A DNA stretch of 64,000 bases from Malacoraja senta (Eukaryota). Shown here in pieces: positions 52,275 through 64,000 of this stretch (the first letter of the stretch is position 1; each line of letters starts with the position of its first letter). The notes beneath the pieces are model-generated. The model was not told the DNA's origin and searched no databases. It worked only from the letters and a program-made list of their open reading frames with translations. The stretch covers positions 808,001 to 872,000 of the forward strand of contig CM076001.1 of the NCBI GenBank assembly GCA_038087875.1. Reading direction: 5' to 3'. Position numbers and translations under genes: made by a program.

Positions 52275-53081
52275 GCTAAAGATAGTGGTTGCGCTGCCCA
52301 AGAGTGGCGGCGCTGCCCAAGCAGCTGCCTGCTGTCCGTCTGTCTTTCTTCTTTTTGTCTTGTTAGATGTATGTTTTGGTCTATTTTTACTTGTGTATAT
52401 GTGGGGGGTGGGAGTAGGGGGACATTTTTTAATCTCTTCCTTCAACGGGGATGCGATCTTTTCCTTGTCGTAGCTCCGTTTGTGCTGAGGCTTAACATGT
52501 GGAGCTGGCAGCCTCCAACTGGAATCGACCTTGATGGCTCTGGTCGCAGAGCCTGTGGACTTACCATCACGGAGCCGGCTGACTTCGGAGGCTGTGGTGG
52601 CGCTGTGGCTGTGACCCGACTTCGGAGCTTCGGAGGCTTCAGCTGCGGGCCCTGTGGACGGTAACATCGCGAGCTCGCAGGTCCCTAGTTGGTGACCGCA
52701 ATTGGTTGGTTGGTTGGCAACAGCAGCTTCATCCGCCCCGAATTGCAGGGTTTGAATCGGCCCGTTCGCAGGGCCTTTCATCGCTTAAAATCGGCCGCGG
52801 GATCTACCATCGCCCGGCGGGGGCTTCAACATCGAGAGCCTCGATCGCCTCGACGCAGCAGTTTGACTGCCTGACTGCGGGGGAAGAAGCAGGGAAGAGA
52901 CAAGACTTTTTGCCTTCCATCATAGTGAGGAGGTGCCTGGAGATTCACTGTGATGGATGTTTGTGTTAAATTGTGTTAATTGTGTCTTTTGGTTGCTTTT
53001 TACTGTCATGACTGCATGGTACGAAATTTCGTTCAAACTTGTTTGAATGACAATAAAGGAAATTCAATTCAATTCAATTCC
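52275..53081 (+). mobile_element. GC-rich, apparently non-coding retroelement-like insertion with (ATTCA)n tail
   Basis: Abrupt GC/CpG-rich block ending GACAATAAAGGA(AATTC)n, similar to Rex1-type 3' ends. No recognisable ORF. Confidence 0.55.
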
Positions 53082-54591
53082 GCATTCTTGTATGCAAATT
53101 TGATTCTATATACTTTCTTTTTCGGAACTGAAGAATTGTTTTATGTAATTGACAATCACCATTATGACTGTGGTAGATTTTTTGTTTGCTTGCTATAATC
53201 TAGAACCTCAGCTAATAATCCATGATGTTTAAATCATACCACATCAGATGGAAATGTATAATTGGTTATATAAGCCATGAATTATAAACAAGTGTCAATA
53301 GTGGCGGGGTTTATAAAGTTGTGGGGATCAAGAATAGCGTTTTGAAGATATTTTTGTATCATTGAATTGGTGTAGATTAGAAACATTAATTAGTGCTATA
53401 TTGCAAACAGTACAGGTCCAATTTTGTAGAACTAGTATCTCACCAACCAAGCAGCTACACCATTACTGTTTCACGTACCAGATTGTATCTGTACTGTTAA
53501 CATTATAGAACTCTAATTAATGTCTGTAATCTGCACCTATTCAACAATACAATAATATCTTCAGAACATCAATCTGTAATCTCGTGCAAACACAGAAACT
53601 GACTTCGTTCACCTCCATCCTTCAGCATCATTCTCACAGGATCACCTCCCTTTTCGCCTTTGGTAACTACAAATAACTCTGCATCTCCGGTCCATGAGCT
53701 TTTATTTCATGCTGGTGAACTGCAGGTAACCGGAGAGGGAACATAAACGTGGTTTTATCTATAAATGCTCTATAGGTAAACTCTGCCCAACCAGTGGCCC
53801 CGGACATGTGGTAGCACGAAACTACCCTGCTTTTGTTTTGATGGTGGAGAAACTATTTGTTCATTTACAATGGGTGAATTACCATGTAACATAATGTCAA
53901 CTCTCTTGTTGCCTCCACAGATGCTGCTTGACCTGCTAAATTCTTCCTGCACACTTTGTTTTTTACTCAACATTGCACCTAAGAATTATATTGCTTTTTT
54001 CCCTACACTAATTGTGGATTAACAGTGTTTAAAAAATCTATTCTGAATGATTTCATGACCTAATTCTATCAGAATATGTATTCTGTTATCAATAATCTCC
54101 CTCATCTCATGGAGCCACTGGTCCATGCTAAGCTTCAGTTCACTGAGCACCAGCAGTCCTGGTACCGCATAGAAATAGTTATTTCTCGCAATGAAGAATT
54201 CAAGGAACCCTCTTCAGTATGATTAATCAAGGACATCCATTATTCAGCACTTGTGGCATGGTATTTGAATATTTCTTTTTTAAGCAGGTGAGAAACTGTA
54301 TTTGTGAGGCAGTCCCTAATGAGTTTATAATGCGCATATCAAAAACTGAGCAGTTTGTTAAAACAAGGATAGCTGGGGAAATGTCACCAAGCAAGCCATG
54401 TATACGAAGAAAAATGACCCATTCCTTCTATGTAGAGATGCTGCCTGTCCCGCTGAGTTACTCTAGCATCTAGAGAAATGTTGGGTAGCAGACACAATTA
54501 TCTCTTGGTTTACTGAAGATATTTTGGCCGGTTACATGCCCTTCCAGACTACACATAAAATGTCTTTAATTTTTTGTTTATTTAATTTTAA

Positions 54592-55969
54592 CCGTTTCTA
54601 GACCTCACTATCTCCATCGCAGGTAACAGACTACTGACCGACATCTACTACAAACCCATTGACTCCCATGGCTATCTGGACTACATTTTTTCCATCCCTG
54701 CTTCCTGTAAGGACTATCCCCTACTCCCAATTCCTCCGTCTACACAGCATCTGCACCCAGGATGAGGTGTTCCAAACTAGGGCATTGGAAATGTCCTCAT
54801 TCTTTAGGGAACGGGGGTTCCCCTCTTCGACTATAGATGAGGCTCTCGCCAGGGTCTCCTCTATATCCCGTTGCTCCGCTCTCACTCTCCATCCCCCCCA
54901 CTCGTAACAAGGACAGAGTCCCGCTTTTCCTCACCTTCCACCCTACCAACCGTCACATACAACAGATAATCCTCCGACATTTTCGCCACCTCCAATGGGA
55001 TCCCACCACTGGCCACAACTTCCCATCTCCTCCCCTTTCAGCTTTCCGCAGGGACCGCTCCCTCCATAACTCCTTCGTCAATTTGTCCCTTCCCACCCAA
55101 ACCACCTCCTCCCCTGGTACTATCCCTTGCAACCGCAGGAAATGCTACACTTGTCGTTTTACATATAGATACATAGATACATAGAAAATAGGTGCAGGAG
55201 TAGGCCATTCGGCCCTTCGAGCCTGCACCGCCATTCAATATGATCATGGCTGATCATCCAACTCAGTATCCCGTACCTGCCTTCTCTCCATACCCCCTGA
55301 TCCTCTTAGCCACAAGGGCCACATCTAACTCCCTCTTAAATATAGCCAATGAACTGGCCTCAACTACCCTCTATGGCAGAGAGTTCCAGAGATTCACCAA
55401 TCTCTGTGTGAAAAAGTTTTTCCTCATCTCGGTCTTCCCCCCCCTTGACTCCATCTAAGGACCCAAGCACTCTTTCCAGGTGAGGCAGAGGTTCACCTGC
55501 ACCTCCTCTAACCTCATCTATTGCATCCGCTGTTCTAGGTGTCGATTGCTCTACATCGGTGAGACCAAGCACAGGCTTGGCGATCGCTTCGCCCAACACC
55601 TCCGCTCAGTTCGCATTAACCAACCTGATTTCCCAGTGGCTCAGCACTTCAACCCCTCCCATTCCAAATCCAACCTTACTGTCCTTGGCCTCCTCCATGG
55701 CCAGAGTGAGTCCCACCGCAAATTGAAGGAGCAGCACCTCATATTTCGCTTGGGTAGTTTATACCCCAGCGATATGAACATTGACTTCTCCAATTTCAGG
55801 TAGTCCTTGCTTTCTCCCTCCTTCCCCTCCCCTTCCCAGCTCTCCCACAGGCTACTGTCTCCGCCTCTTCCTTTCCTCTTCCTGCCCCCCCACCCCCACA
55901 TCAGTTTGAAGAAGGGTCTCGACCCAAAACGTCACCTATTCCTTCGCTCCACAGATGTTGCCTCACCCA
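54592..55969 (+). mobile_element. Penelope-like element fragment interrupted by CR1
   Basis: PFLDL, IPYSQFLRL and FTCTSSNLIYCIRCSRCRLLYIGETKHRLGDRFAQH, followed by a pLTR. Same family as 48139-49492. Confidence 0.92.
55163..55434 (-). mobile_element. CR1 3' end nested in Penelope
   Basis: Near-identical to 34939-35210. Confidence 0.9.
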
Positions 55970-55995
55970 CTTCTAGTGAGATCTTTCAGGGTCAT

Positions 55996-56201
55996 GTGTA
56001 AGAAGGAACTACAGGTGCTGGTTTACACTGAAGAGAGACACAAATACAGGAGTAACTCAGTAGGACAGGAAGCATCTGTGGAGAAAAAGAATAGGTGACG
56101 TTTCGGATTGAAACAGGGTCTTGACCCGGAATGGCATCTATTCCTTTTCTCCAGAGATGCTGCTTGACACGCTGAGTTACTCCAGCATTTTGAATCTATC
56201 T
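55996..56201. mobile_element. Fold-back Penelope pLTR mini-insertion with 14-bp TSD
   Basis: TCTTTCAGGGTCAT at 55982-55995 and 56202-56215; inverted pLTR arms. Confidence 0.8.
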
Positions 56202-57510
56202 TCTTTCAGGGTCATATTGGGTACAATTCCAAGAGAGGACCTAGAACCAATGCTTGACTTCAGGCCAGGGAGAAGTGGCTTCTCCTCCAGAAAAATTTCC
56301 CAAGTCGCAAACATATCCAACTGATCCATCTCTTTTCAGCTTCTGATCTGAAATGTTCATTTTTTGGTCTCTATTAATTCAAGTCATTAATTCTGGTCCC
56401 TATTAATTCAAGTCATACCATCGGCTGATGTCCAAAAGGAATATCGGATCTTTGTTTGTGACAAATGCAATACCATTATATAACTCCAACCATAAGTAAA
56501 CAGTGCATTCTTTTAAATACTTGGGAATTTAATATAGCCACAAGAAGCTAAAGTGCATGAAATTAAATTCCAAAACTGAATTTACAATTCCTCAGGCTAG
56601 ACAATATTGTTTCCAACTCAATATTACCTCCTTTTCCACTTCACTCAGCCTTGTCAGTACTTACGGTAATTGCTGAACTATATTAAAGGGTGTTATTGAT
56701 TTGTTCAATAGAATAATGACTGCAGATATTAACACGCATGGTGCTTCGCAATAAGGCCAATTCCAAGTGCAACATACCAAATGTGGGAGGCTGTGGACAC
56801 GATACTAAAAATAAACCAAAAGATATATTATTAAAATTATAGCCCCAATTTTATAATTTTGCAAACATTTTAAAATAATCATCCATAATTCCTTTCGTAG
56901 ATAAATGGAAAGGGTCTTGAAGTAAAGTCGAGCTAAGTGATTGTTAAATTGGCCAGGGAACAAAAAACAGTGATCGTGGCTCACAGCATCCAATAAAGTT
57001 TCAAACGGGGGGTGGAGATTAATGCAGAAATGCAACAGTTAGTGGTGCTTATAAATGCTGGAAGAATCATAAATCCTGACCTTAGTTGTGGCTCAGGATT
57101 GATCTGGGATTGATCTTAAACAGTGGTCTTCACAATACTCATTGTATGTAACATATTTAAGTCAAAGAATAAATACAAGAAGAAATTGAGAGAAAAAAAA
57201 AGTTACTTTGTGAGCAGAAGAATATGGGGACCACAGGGAGATATTAATTAGATGTATTTGTAAAAAAATAAGACACACAAATAAGGAGAAAAGAAATCAA
57301 AGGCCACGTGAATGCAGTTGGTTGGAGTAAGGTAGGAGGAGACCAGGAGAGTATAAACTCTGGCAAGTCCCCACAGACTTGAATGTCCTGTTTCTGCTCA
57401 GCAAAATTCAAAGAGTATTTGATTACAAAAAATCGTACAGTTGAATCAAGAATAATGGCTTTGTCTAAAATTGAATGCACGAGCACAAGACAAGGTAGCA
57501 ATTGCAAAGG

Positions 57511-57668
57511 CAAGAGTCAAGAGTCAAGAGTGTTTTATTGTAATAGGTCCCTGATAGAGCAATTAAATTCTTATTTGCAACAGTACAACAGAATATGTAA
57601 ACATAGTACACTGTAAACAATATAATAAATGAGAAAAAAAGTTCAGTATGTGTATGTATTAACACATA

Positions 57669-57737
<69 letters not shown>

Positions 57738-58145
57738 ACTCACACGTACACATAAAACACAAACATTAATAGTGCAATAATAACAATAATAGTCTAAGAA
57801 AGAACTGCAGATGCTGGAAAAATCCAAGGTAGACAAAAATGCTGGAGAAACTCAGCGGGTGAGGCAGCATCTATGGAGGTAAGGAATAGGTGACGTTTCG
57901 GGTCGAGACCCTTCTTCTCGACCCGAAACGTCACCTATTCCTTCGCTCCATAGATGCTGCCTCATTCGCTGAGTTTCTCCAGCATTTTTGTCTACATACA
58001 ATAATAGTCTATGTAGTTCAGAATTTATTTGAGGTTGGAGTGTTTAATAGCCTGATGGCTGTAGGGAAGAAGCTGTTCCTGAACCTGGGCGTTACAGTTT
58101 TCAGTTCCTGTATCTTCTTCCCGATGGCAGGAGCGAAATGAGTGA
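57511..58145 (-). mobile_element. Rex1/Babar 3' end with internal (TA)n, interrupted by a pLTR hairpin
   Basis: Matches 2484-2680 plus 6720-6900. Confidence 0.82.
57797..57997. mobile_element. Near-perfect palindromic Penelope pLTR mini-insertion with 14-bp TSD
   Basis: Arms about 57829-57909 and 57916-57995. ACAATAATAGTCTA at 57783-57796 and 57998-58011. Confidence 0.87.
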
Positions 58146-58842
58146 GAGTAACAGAATGATAGCATGGCTACTGAATACTTGGAATCTTGGCGCACAATAC
58201 AATCAAAGGAACATAACGTTTCTCAAAAAGAAATAACCCAGAAAACAATTTCAGGTTGCGTTCATACCATTAGTGGACATATTAAAATTTACTCATCTAT
58301 CTGTACAACTAGTATGCATTGGTTCCTTAATGATCAGAGTGCTTTATAAAATCAATTGGGCACTGAGTGTAGCAGCAGCAAACATATCAACAAATTCACT
58401 CTCCAGCGTGTGGTCCAATGAGACAAAAAAGTTTAATGAATTTAATTCCAACATCAATTGAGACAGTCTTTAAAGATGACAAATATTCCAACTTCTCGAC
58501 TTAAGAATCAATCATCACATGAAGATTGGGAGATTTGCTCAAGGCAACCTTCTGCCCATTTGCCTCGGGATTGTAGGCTGACATGCAGTTAGTAGCTAGT
58601 TTTAACTCTTTGCCTTGCCAAAGAGCAAGAGAGGGTGGGAAAATCAGAGAGAGGCCTACTTCAATTATTCGGAGCACCTAGCAATCAAAAACAGGGTAAT
58701 GTATCTCGTATGGCCAGTTAATAACCATCACCTCAAGTGTTTAAACAAATGCATTAATGAATTAAAGTCTTGGATGCTACTGCCATGCACTTACCTGTGT
58801 TCAGTCCCTGTGGTCTCCATGTACCCAAACCTACTACAGCCA

Positions 58843-59148
58843 TGGGCAGCACCGTGGCGCAGCGGTAGAGTTGCGGCATTACAGCACTTAAAGTGCCGGG
58901 GACCCGGGTTTGATCCCGACTATGGATGCTGTCTGTACGGAGTTTGTACGTTCTCCTCGTGACCGTGTGGGTTTTTCTCCGAGATCTTCAGTTTCCTCCC
59001 ACACTCCAAAGAAGTACAAGTTTGTAGATAAATTGGCTTGGTATAAGTGTAAGTTGCCCCTGGGGTGTAGGATCGCTGGTCAGTGCGGACTCGGCGGGTC
59101 AACGGCCTGTTTTCATGGTATTTCTAAACTAAAAAAAACTAAAACTAA
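58843..59148 (+). mobile_element. V-SINE/HE1-like SINE
   Basis: GTGGCGCAGCGGTAG A-box-like motif, GGTTTGATCCC B-box-like motif, (TAAAC)-like tail. Confidence 0.87.
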
Positions 59149-59189
59149 AGAGGTTGATACTGATTTTCTTTAGTGTGTTTTCAAGACAC

Positions 59190-59373
59190 TGGATGTTTTC
59201 AAGAGAGAGTTAGATTTAGCGCTTAGGGCTAAGGTAATCAAGGGATATGAGGCAAAAGCCGGAACGGGGTACTGATTTTGGATGATCAGCCATGATCATA
59301 TTGAATGGCGGTGCTGGCTCGAAGGGCAGAATGGCCTACTCCTGCACCTATTTTCTATGTTTCTATGTTTCTA
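59190..59373 (+). mobile_element. CR1 3' end
   Basis: Reverse complement of the 11183-11356 type, with (TTTCTATG)n tail. Confidence 0.88.
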
Positions 59374-59685
59374 CTTCCTTCTACGTGCAGTATTCTTAAG
59401 TTGCAGTGATATTGAAGCCACAGGGAATGTTTAGACTGCAGTTGCAATACTGCAAAGATAGTGTGTGATCAGACATTGATCAGAATTATTTCACATACAA
59501 TTGAATTATTAAAATGCACATACATTATAAAGTGTGAAACAAATATAATAATTTAAAGTTCAAGTTCAAAAATGCACAAAGGTATGAGGTACTCTTTAAC
59601 TATCCAAAGAGATGTTGTTCACAACCTCCTCTTTATGCTGGCAGATATTCTGAAATGCGAGTCTGACAAGTTTTTAGCAGCCGAA

Positions 59686-59949
59686 ATGTGTAGGAAGAAA
59701 CTGCAGATGCTGGTTTAAACCGAAGATAGACACAAAAAGCTGGAGTAACTCAGCGGGATCCGAAACCTCACCCATTCCTTCTCTCCAGAGATGCTGCCTG
59801 TCCTGCTGAGTTACTCCAGCATTTTGAATGTGAGGTCTGAAGAAGGGTCTCGACCCGAAACGTTGCCTATTTCCTTCGCTCCATAGGTGCTGCCTCACCC
59901 ACTGAGTTTCCTCAGCATTTATGTCTACCAGCATTTTGAGTCTATCTTA
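59686..59949. mobile_element. Compound/nested Penelope pLTR fragments
   Basis: Inverted and repeated pLTR segments of two subfamilies. Confidence 0.72.
59833..59868 (+). ncRNA. Minimal type I hammerhead ribozyme candidate
   Basis: AGGU-CUGAAGA-A-GGGU(CUCG)ACCC-GAAAC-GUU-GCCU: core boxes, helix II, palindromic AACGUU helix III and a possible helix I AGGU/GCCU. Confidence 0.6.
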
Positions 59950-61629
59950 GGTTTTTTTAATTTTTAATTTTTTTTAAGTTGTATTGCTAGAAAAAATCAT
60001 TACAGATTGTGGCATGAATAAATTTGAGATTTAAGATCTTTACTGGAGACAAAAAATACTGAGAACAAATACAGACTGAAATGCATAAATTTTATTCTTT
60101 ATCCAAATTAAGTAACAAATTAGTAATTAATGTAGTTTTCATCAAGAATTTCTTATAATTTAAATGCAAAAGCAGGCCATACATTTTATAGGTAAATGCA
60201 GCAGCGTTTGTGGAAGTCTTGTAATGAAATGTCACTTAATCAGGATTCATAAGGCAGGAATATCATATGACAAACTTTAACTTTAATGCCTCCATCAACT
60301 TTACAACTGGGTTGCCCTTATCATGTGTTTCTGGCATGGACTATATTAAATCCTGGGCATTATTTGACCCCCCACCCAACCAATCAGCTCTCACAAAACA
60401 GCATACAATGGAGAGGTAGGGTAGAGGTAAACAATTGTTGGTCTTCACAGGCATCTCTATAGGCTGAAATAAATGATTCTGGTGCAACAAGGATCAAGGC
60501 TCCTTATGGGTCTTCTGCTTCGGAACAAAAAAATAACATTTGCTTTACAAGATTTCACTGAGGGGCCTTTAGAGTCTTTGTAAAGTCTAAGAATCCTGTT
60601 ATTGAGGGTGAGTCCCTTTACTGCCTAAAATGGCAGTGATGGGCAGGAATGGACTGAGTTAATCACCTTTGCCTTGTACAGTTGCCTTGTTCCTACAGGG
60701 CATGTGGTTTTATAAATTCACAAAAAAATGAAACTACAATTCTAAGAAGTTACTTTCCTGTCAGAAATTCTCAAGCTTATTATCTTGTAATGTGGAATAA
60801 TAACAAACCCATTGTTAATTAAAAAGTAGATTTGTTCTCAAATCATCAATGTTTTAGTTTGATTATCTACCCCAGAAATATTACAAATCTTCTTCATAAC
60901 AAGCCCAAACTGATGTTCCCAGCCGGTATTGTTCCCGAAAGAGGTTGTTTTATCAATAAACCTTGATTCGCTCTACACTTATAATGAATTAGTACAATTA
61001 GATCTGTAAAAAGCAAATATAAAAAAGCCAGGTAACACAGCTTTCTTTTTGACAACATATACTTCATTTTCTAATGGAAAAGTTTGTTATTAACCTTTAG
61101 AGCATTTTAAATGCAGTTGATGTCTGGATGAATTGCCTGCATTATGTTAGTTTAACCTCAGAAAAGCAAATGCTGGAACTTTCTCTGCTAAGGCTTTTAT
61201 TGCATGTTTAATGGAACACATAGAGTCTGCCAGTAGGGGGAGATGCCTCACTGTCTACAGCCAACTCGAATAGTTGGCTTCCAACTTCGAATCCTCGTCT
61301 TTCAACCATTTGTTCCTTATCAAGGTTCAAGATTTAGGTGTTTTTCAATGAGCTATTATTACTCTATGAATTAGCAATTGTACCCAAACAACAGCAGCAT
61401 TGGAGGCTTCGCCTCAGATAAAGTCTTTACTGCATATTTAGAAAGAAAATGGTATTTAATGGAGGCATTAATGAAATATAGCTCATTTTTGAAAACTGCA
61501 GCAATTTTCCTAAATTATAATGCCCTTTGTGGATTTCGTCCTTAAGACCTTGTGAATACTGTCAAAGAGATTAAATGTAGAACGATGATTTATTTTAGAA
61601 AGACCTTACAGATTGTTAGGGTTTCTTAT

Positions 61630-62350
61630 CATTGACAGTCCCTTGAGATTGAGGACGACTTGCTTCCACTCCTGTTTTGGGATTCTGAAACATCATTAAA
61701 CCAACGCAGGAACTTCAGACATCCACAGATAGGGCAGGTGGCAGCTGATGGGGTGGGACTGTGGGCTGTAAGGCAGACTGCTTAATACACCGCCTACACC
61801 TGGTCTCTGCCCTCCAAATGCATTGCTTGAAATTCGCAAAATCTCCCCGAAAGCTCATTTTCCATTTTGAACGGCCATGGACGTAATTCCCAGGTGTGGG
61901 TGGGAACATTTCATTGCTTAAGTACAAACTTGAATTTACCTTCTGTCTGGTGATTTCCTCCCAAGACAGAGCTTGGAATAGAATGTTCGTTGCAGGGGTC
62001 TGATCGAGGGTATATGAACGACATGGCTTGTCCAACATAACCAGCTGAGTGTAACCGAGGGCTCCAATTCCGGGGATGGTGGCTTCTGAGAAAGTGCTAA
62101 TGTTGGTTGTTCCAGAGAACTCAAGAGTATTTTGCAGAGAGGACATTGGTATTATTTTGTCCATTGTCCTGAGATGCCTTCTACTTGTAGGCCAGGTCAC
62201 AGAAGCAAGTTGGAGATAGAGTTTACTGCTGCCTAGTGGACCTTTGTGTTTTGTGCTTGCTCTGAGATCTTGATTTTCCACTTTTCCTCAATCATCCAAA
62301 GGCCACAATGAAACTGTGATGGTAAAATGGATGGCGTTAAGCATGGAGGT
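61630..62350 (-). mobile_element. Old degraded RTE (BovB-like) LINE fragment
   Basis: Frameshifted minus-strand remnants (TNISTFSEATIPGI, TLQRTFYSKL) resemble the RTE ORF C-terminus. Confidence 0.45.
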
Positions 62351-62569
62351 TCGAGCCCACATAACAGGATTTCTGTCTTGTCACTTAACTGTTGATTTGT
62401 CAATCAATTTTAAAAATATATGAATATAAATCTTTAGTAACGCAGGTTTCAGGAGTGGGCCCTTTGGCTACAACCTGCACTGTATTTAACTTCATCATGG
62501 TCACTCTGTACCAACTCCATTTAGCTACCATTATCAAGACTGAATCAATCTAATTTAACAATTTTGATC

Positions 62570-64000
62570 AAAGATAGACACAAAATGCTGGAGTAACTCA
62601 GCGGGTCAGACAGCATCTCTGGAGAAAAAGAATAGGTGACGTTTCAGGTCAAGACCCTTCTTCAGCAGGGAAAAGGGAAACGAGAGATATAGATGGTGAT
62701 ATAGAGAGATATGGAGCGGAGTGGGCGGCGCCGACTTCAACATCGGGAGCCTGGGAGCTCCAAACCGGCGTGGCCTTGTCGGCTTCGGAAGCCGCGGACT
62801 CCGGTAAGGAAGCGGCCGTTCCAGGTGGCCCAGCCGCTGAGAGGACTCTCCCGATGCCGGGGCAACAGCACCCGGCGAGAACGGCCAGGAACATCGGGCC
62901 TCCGTAGAGGCAATAGCGGAGGCCTCAATAGGCCTGACTTTGGGAGAACTGGGGATGGGGACTGGACATTGTGCCTTCCCCCACAGTGGTAACCATCCTG
63001 TGGGGGGATGATTTTTGTGTGTTAGTTGTTATTTTAGTCTGTGTCCAAGATGGCTGCCAGAAGGGAGAGTGTACGCTGGCGCATTCACATTGTGTTTCTG
63101 ATTTTTTTGTTTTTGGATCGAATTCTGTCTTTAATTTGTGTATTGGTGATGTCTTTACTATTTATTTTTCTCCGATTATATGTTTTTTTACTTGTTAAAT
63201 TCTGTAAGGTGTCCTTGAGACTCTTGAAAGGCGCCCATAAATAAAATGTATTATTATTATTATTATTATTATATAGAACAAATGAATGGAAGATATCCCA
63301 AAAAGTAACAACGATAAAGGAAACATGTCATTGTTAGCTCAGGGCAAGGTAAAAACGAGTCACAGACAATGAGACTCAACAAGACACATTTGTAGCTAGT
63401 ACGACTTGGGTGGGGGAGGGATGGAGAGAGAGGGGATGCAAGGGTTACTTGAAGTTAGAGAAATCAAGACTCATACAATGCTGGGTTGTAAGCTGCCAAA
63501 GTGAAATATGAGGTGCTGTTCTTCCAATTTGTGTTTGGTCACCTGTTCCTTTTCTCCAGAGTAACTCAGCGGGACAGGCAGCAGCTCTGGAGGGAAGGAA
63601 TGGGTGACCCTTTCGGGTCGAGACCCTTCTTCAGACTGGTCGGGGGAAAGGGAAACAAGAGATATAGACAATGATGTAGAGAGATAAAGAACAATGAATG
63701 AAAGATATGCAAAAAAAGTAACCATGATAAAGAAAACGGGCCATTGTTAGCTGTATGTTGGGTGAAAATGAGAAGCTGGTGTGATTTGGGTGGGGAAGGG
63801 ATGGAGAGAGAGGGAGTGCCGTGGTTACTTGAAGTTAGATAAATCAATATTCACACCATTGGGTTGTAAGCTGCCCAAGCGAAATATGAGATGTTGTTCC
63901 TCCAATTTGAGTTTAGCCTCACTCTGACAACGGAGGAGGCCTAGGACAGAAAGGTCAGTGTGGGAATGGAAAGGAGAATTAAAGTGTTTAGCAACCGGGA
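62570..64000 (-). mobile_element. Tandem Penelope pLTR/GIY-YIG 3' fragments, interrupted at 62711-63270
   Basis: KLEEQHLIF(H/R)(F/L)GSLQP occurs twice; pLTR/hammerhead-like segments at about 62636 and 63601. Confidence 0.82.
62711..63270 (+). mobile_element. GC-rich insertion with an L2-like 3' tail
   Basis: Ends TAAGGTGTCCTTGAG...GAAAGGCGCCCATAAATAAAATG(TAT)n and splits the Penelope 3' UTR. Confidence 0.6.

Noticed and set aside
53640..53725. Possible 86-bp host exon (CAG|...CAG|GTAACC)
   Set aside because: Only one frame is open, the peptide is unrecognised and there are no supporting neighbouring exons; RNA-seq would be needed.

Overview
Eukaryotic, AT-rich, repeat-dominated DNA. I recognised no host protein-coding exon, so the window is probably intergenic or intronic. 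The repeat repertoire (V-SINE/HE1-type SINEs, CR1, Rex1/Babar, fish-type L1, HERO, Penelope, DIRS1, non-autonomous Helitrons and hATs) suggests a cartilaginous fish such as a skate or ray; this is inference. Most ORF-track entries are transposon fragments or repeat artefacts. Best-supported structures: (i) a decayed ~5-kb DIRS1 retrotransposon with intact ITR/ICR ends (41569-46568), nested in a Rex1 LINE and hit by an L1 with a 17-bp TSD; (ii) three Helitron-like elements, two with minisatellite arrays, one apparently chimeric and carrying an L1 flanked by a ~128-bp duplication; (iii) Penelope RT/GIY-YIG copies plus short, mostly fold-back pLTR insertions with 14-15-bp TSDs and minimal hammerhead-ribozyme cores; (iv) two ~1-kb TIR elements with 7- and 8-bp TSDs; (v) a ~2-kb (GAAGAT)n array. 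I cannot claim a wholly new biological system. The best candidates for follow-up are the hammerhead-bearing hairpin Penelope mini-insertions, the ~128-bp L1 duplication and the Helitron chimeras/captured sequence. All alignments were done by eye, so boundaries of degraded repeats are approximate.
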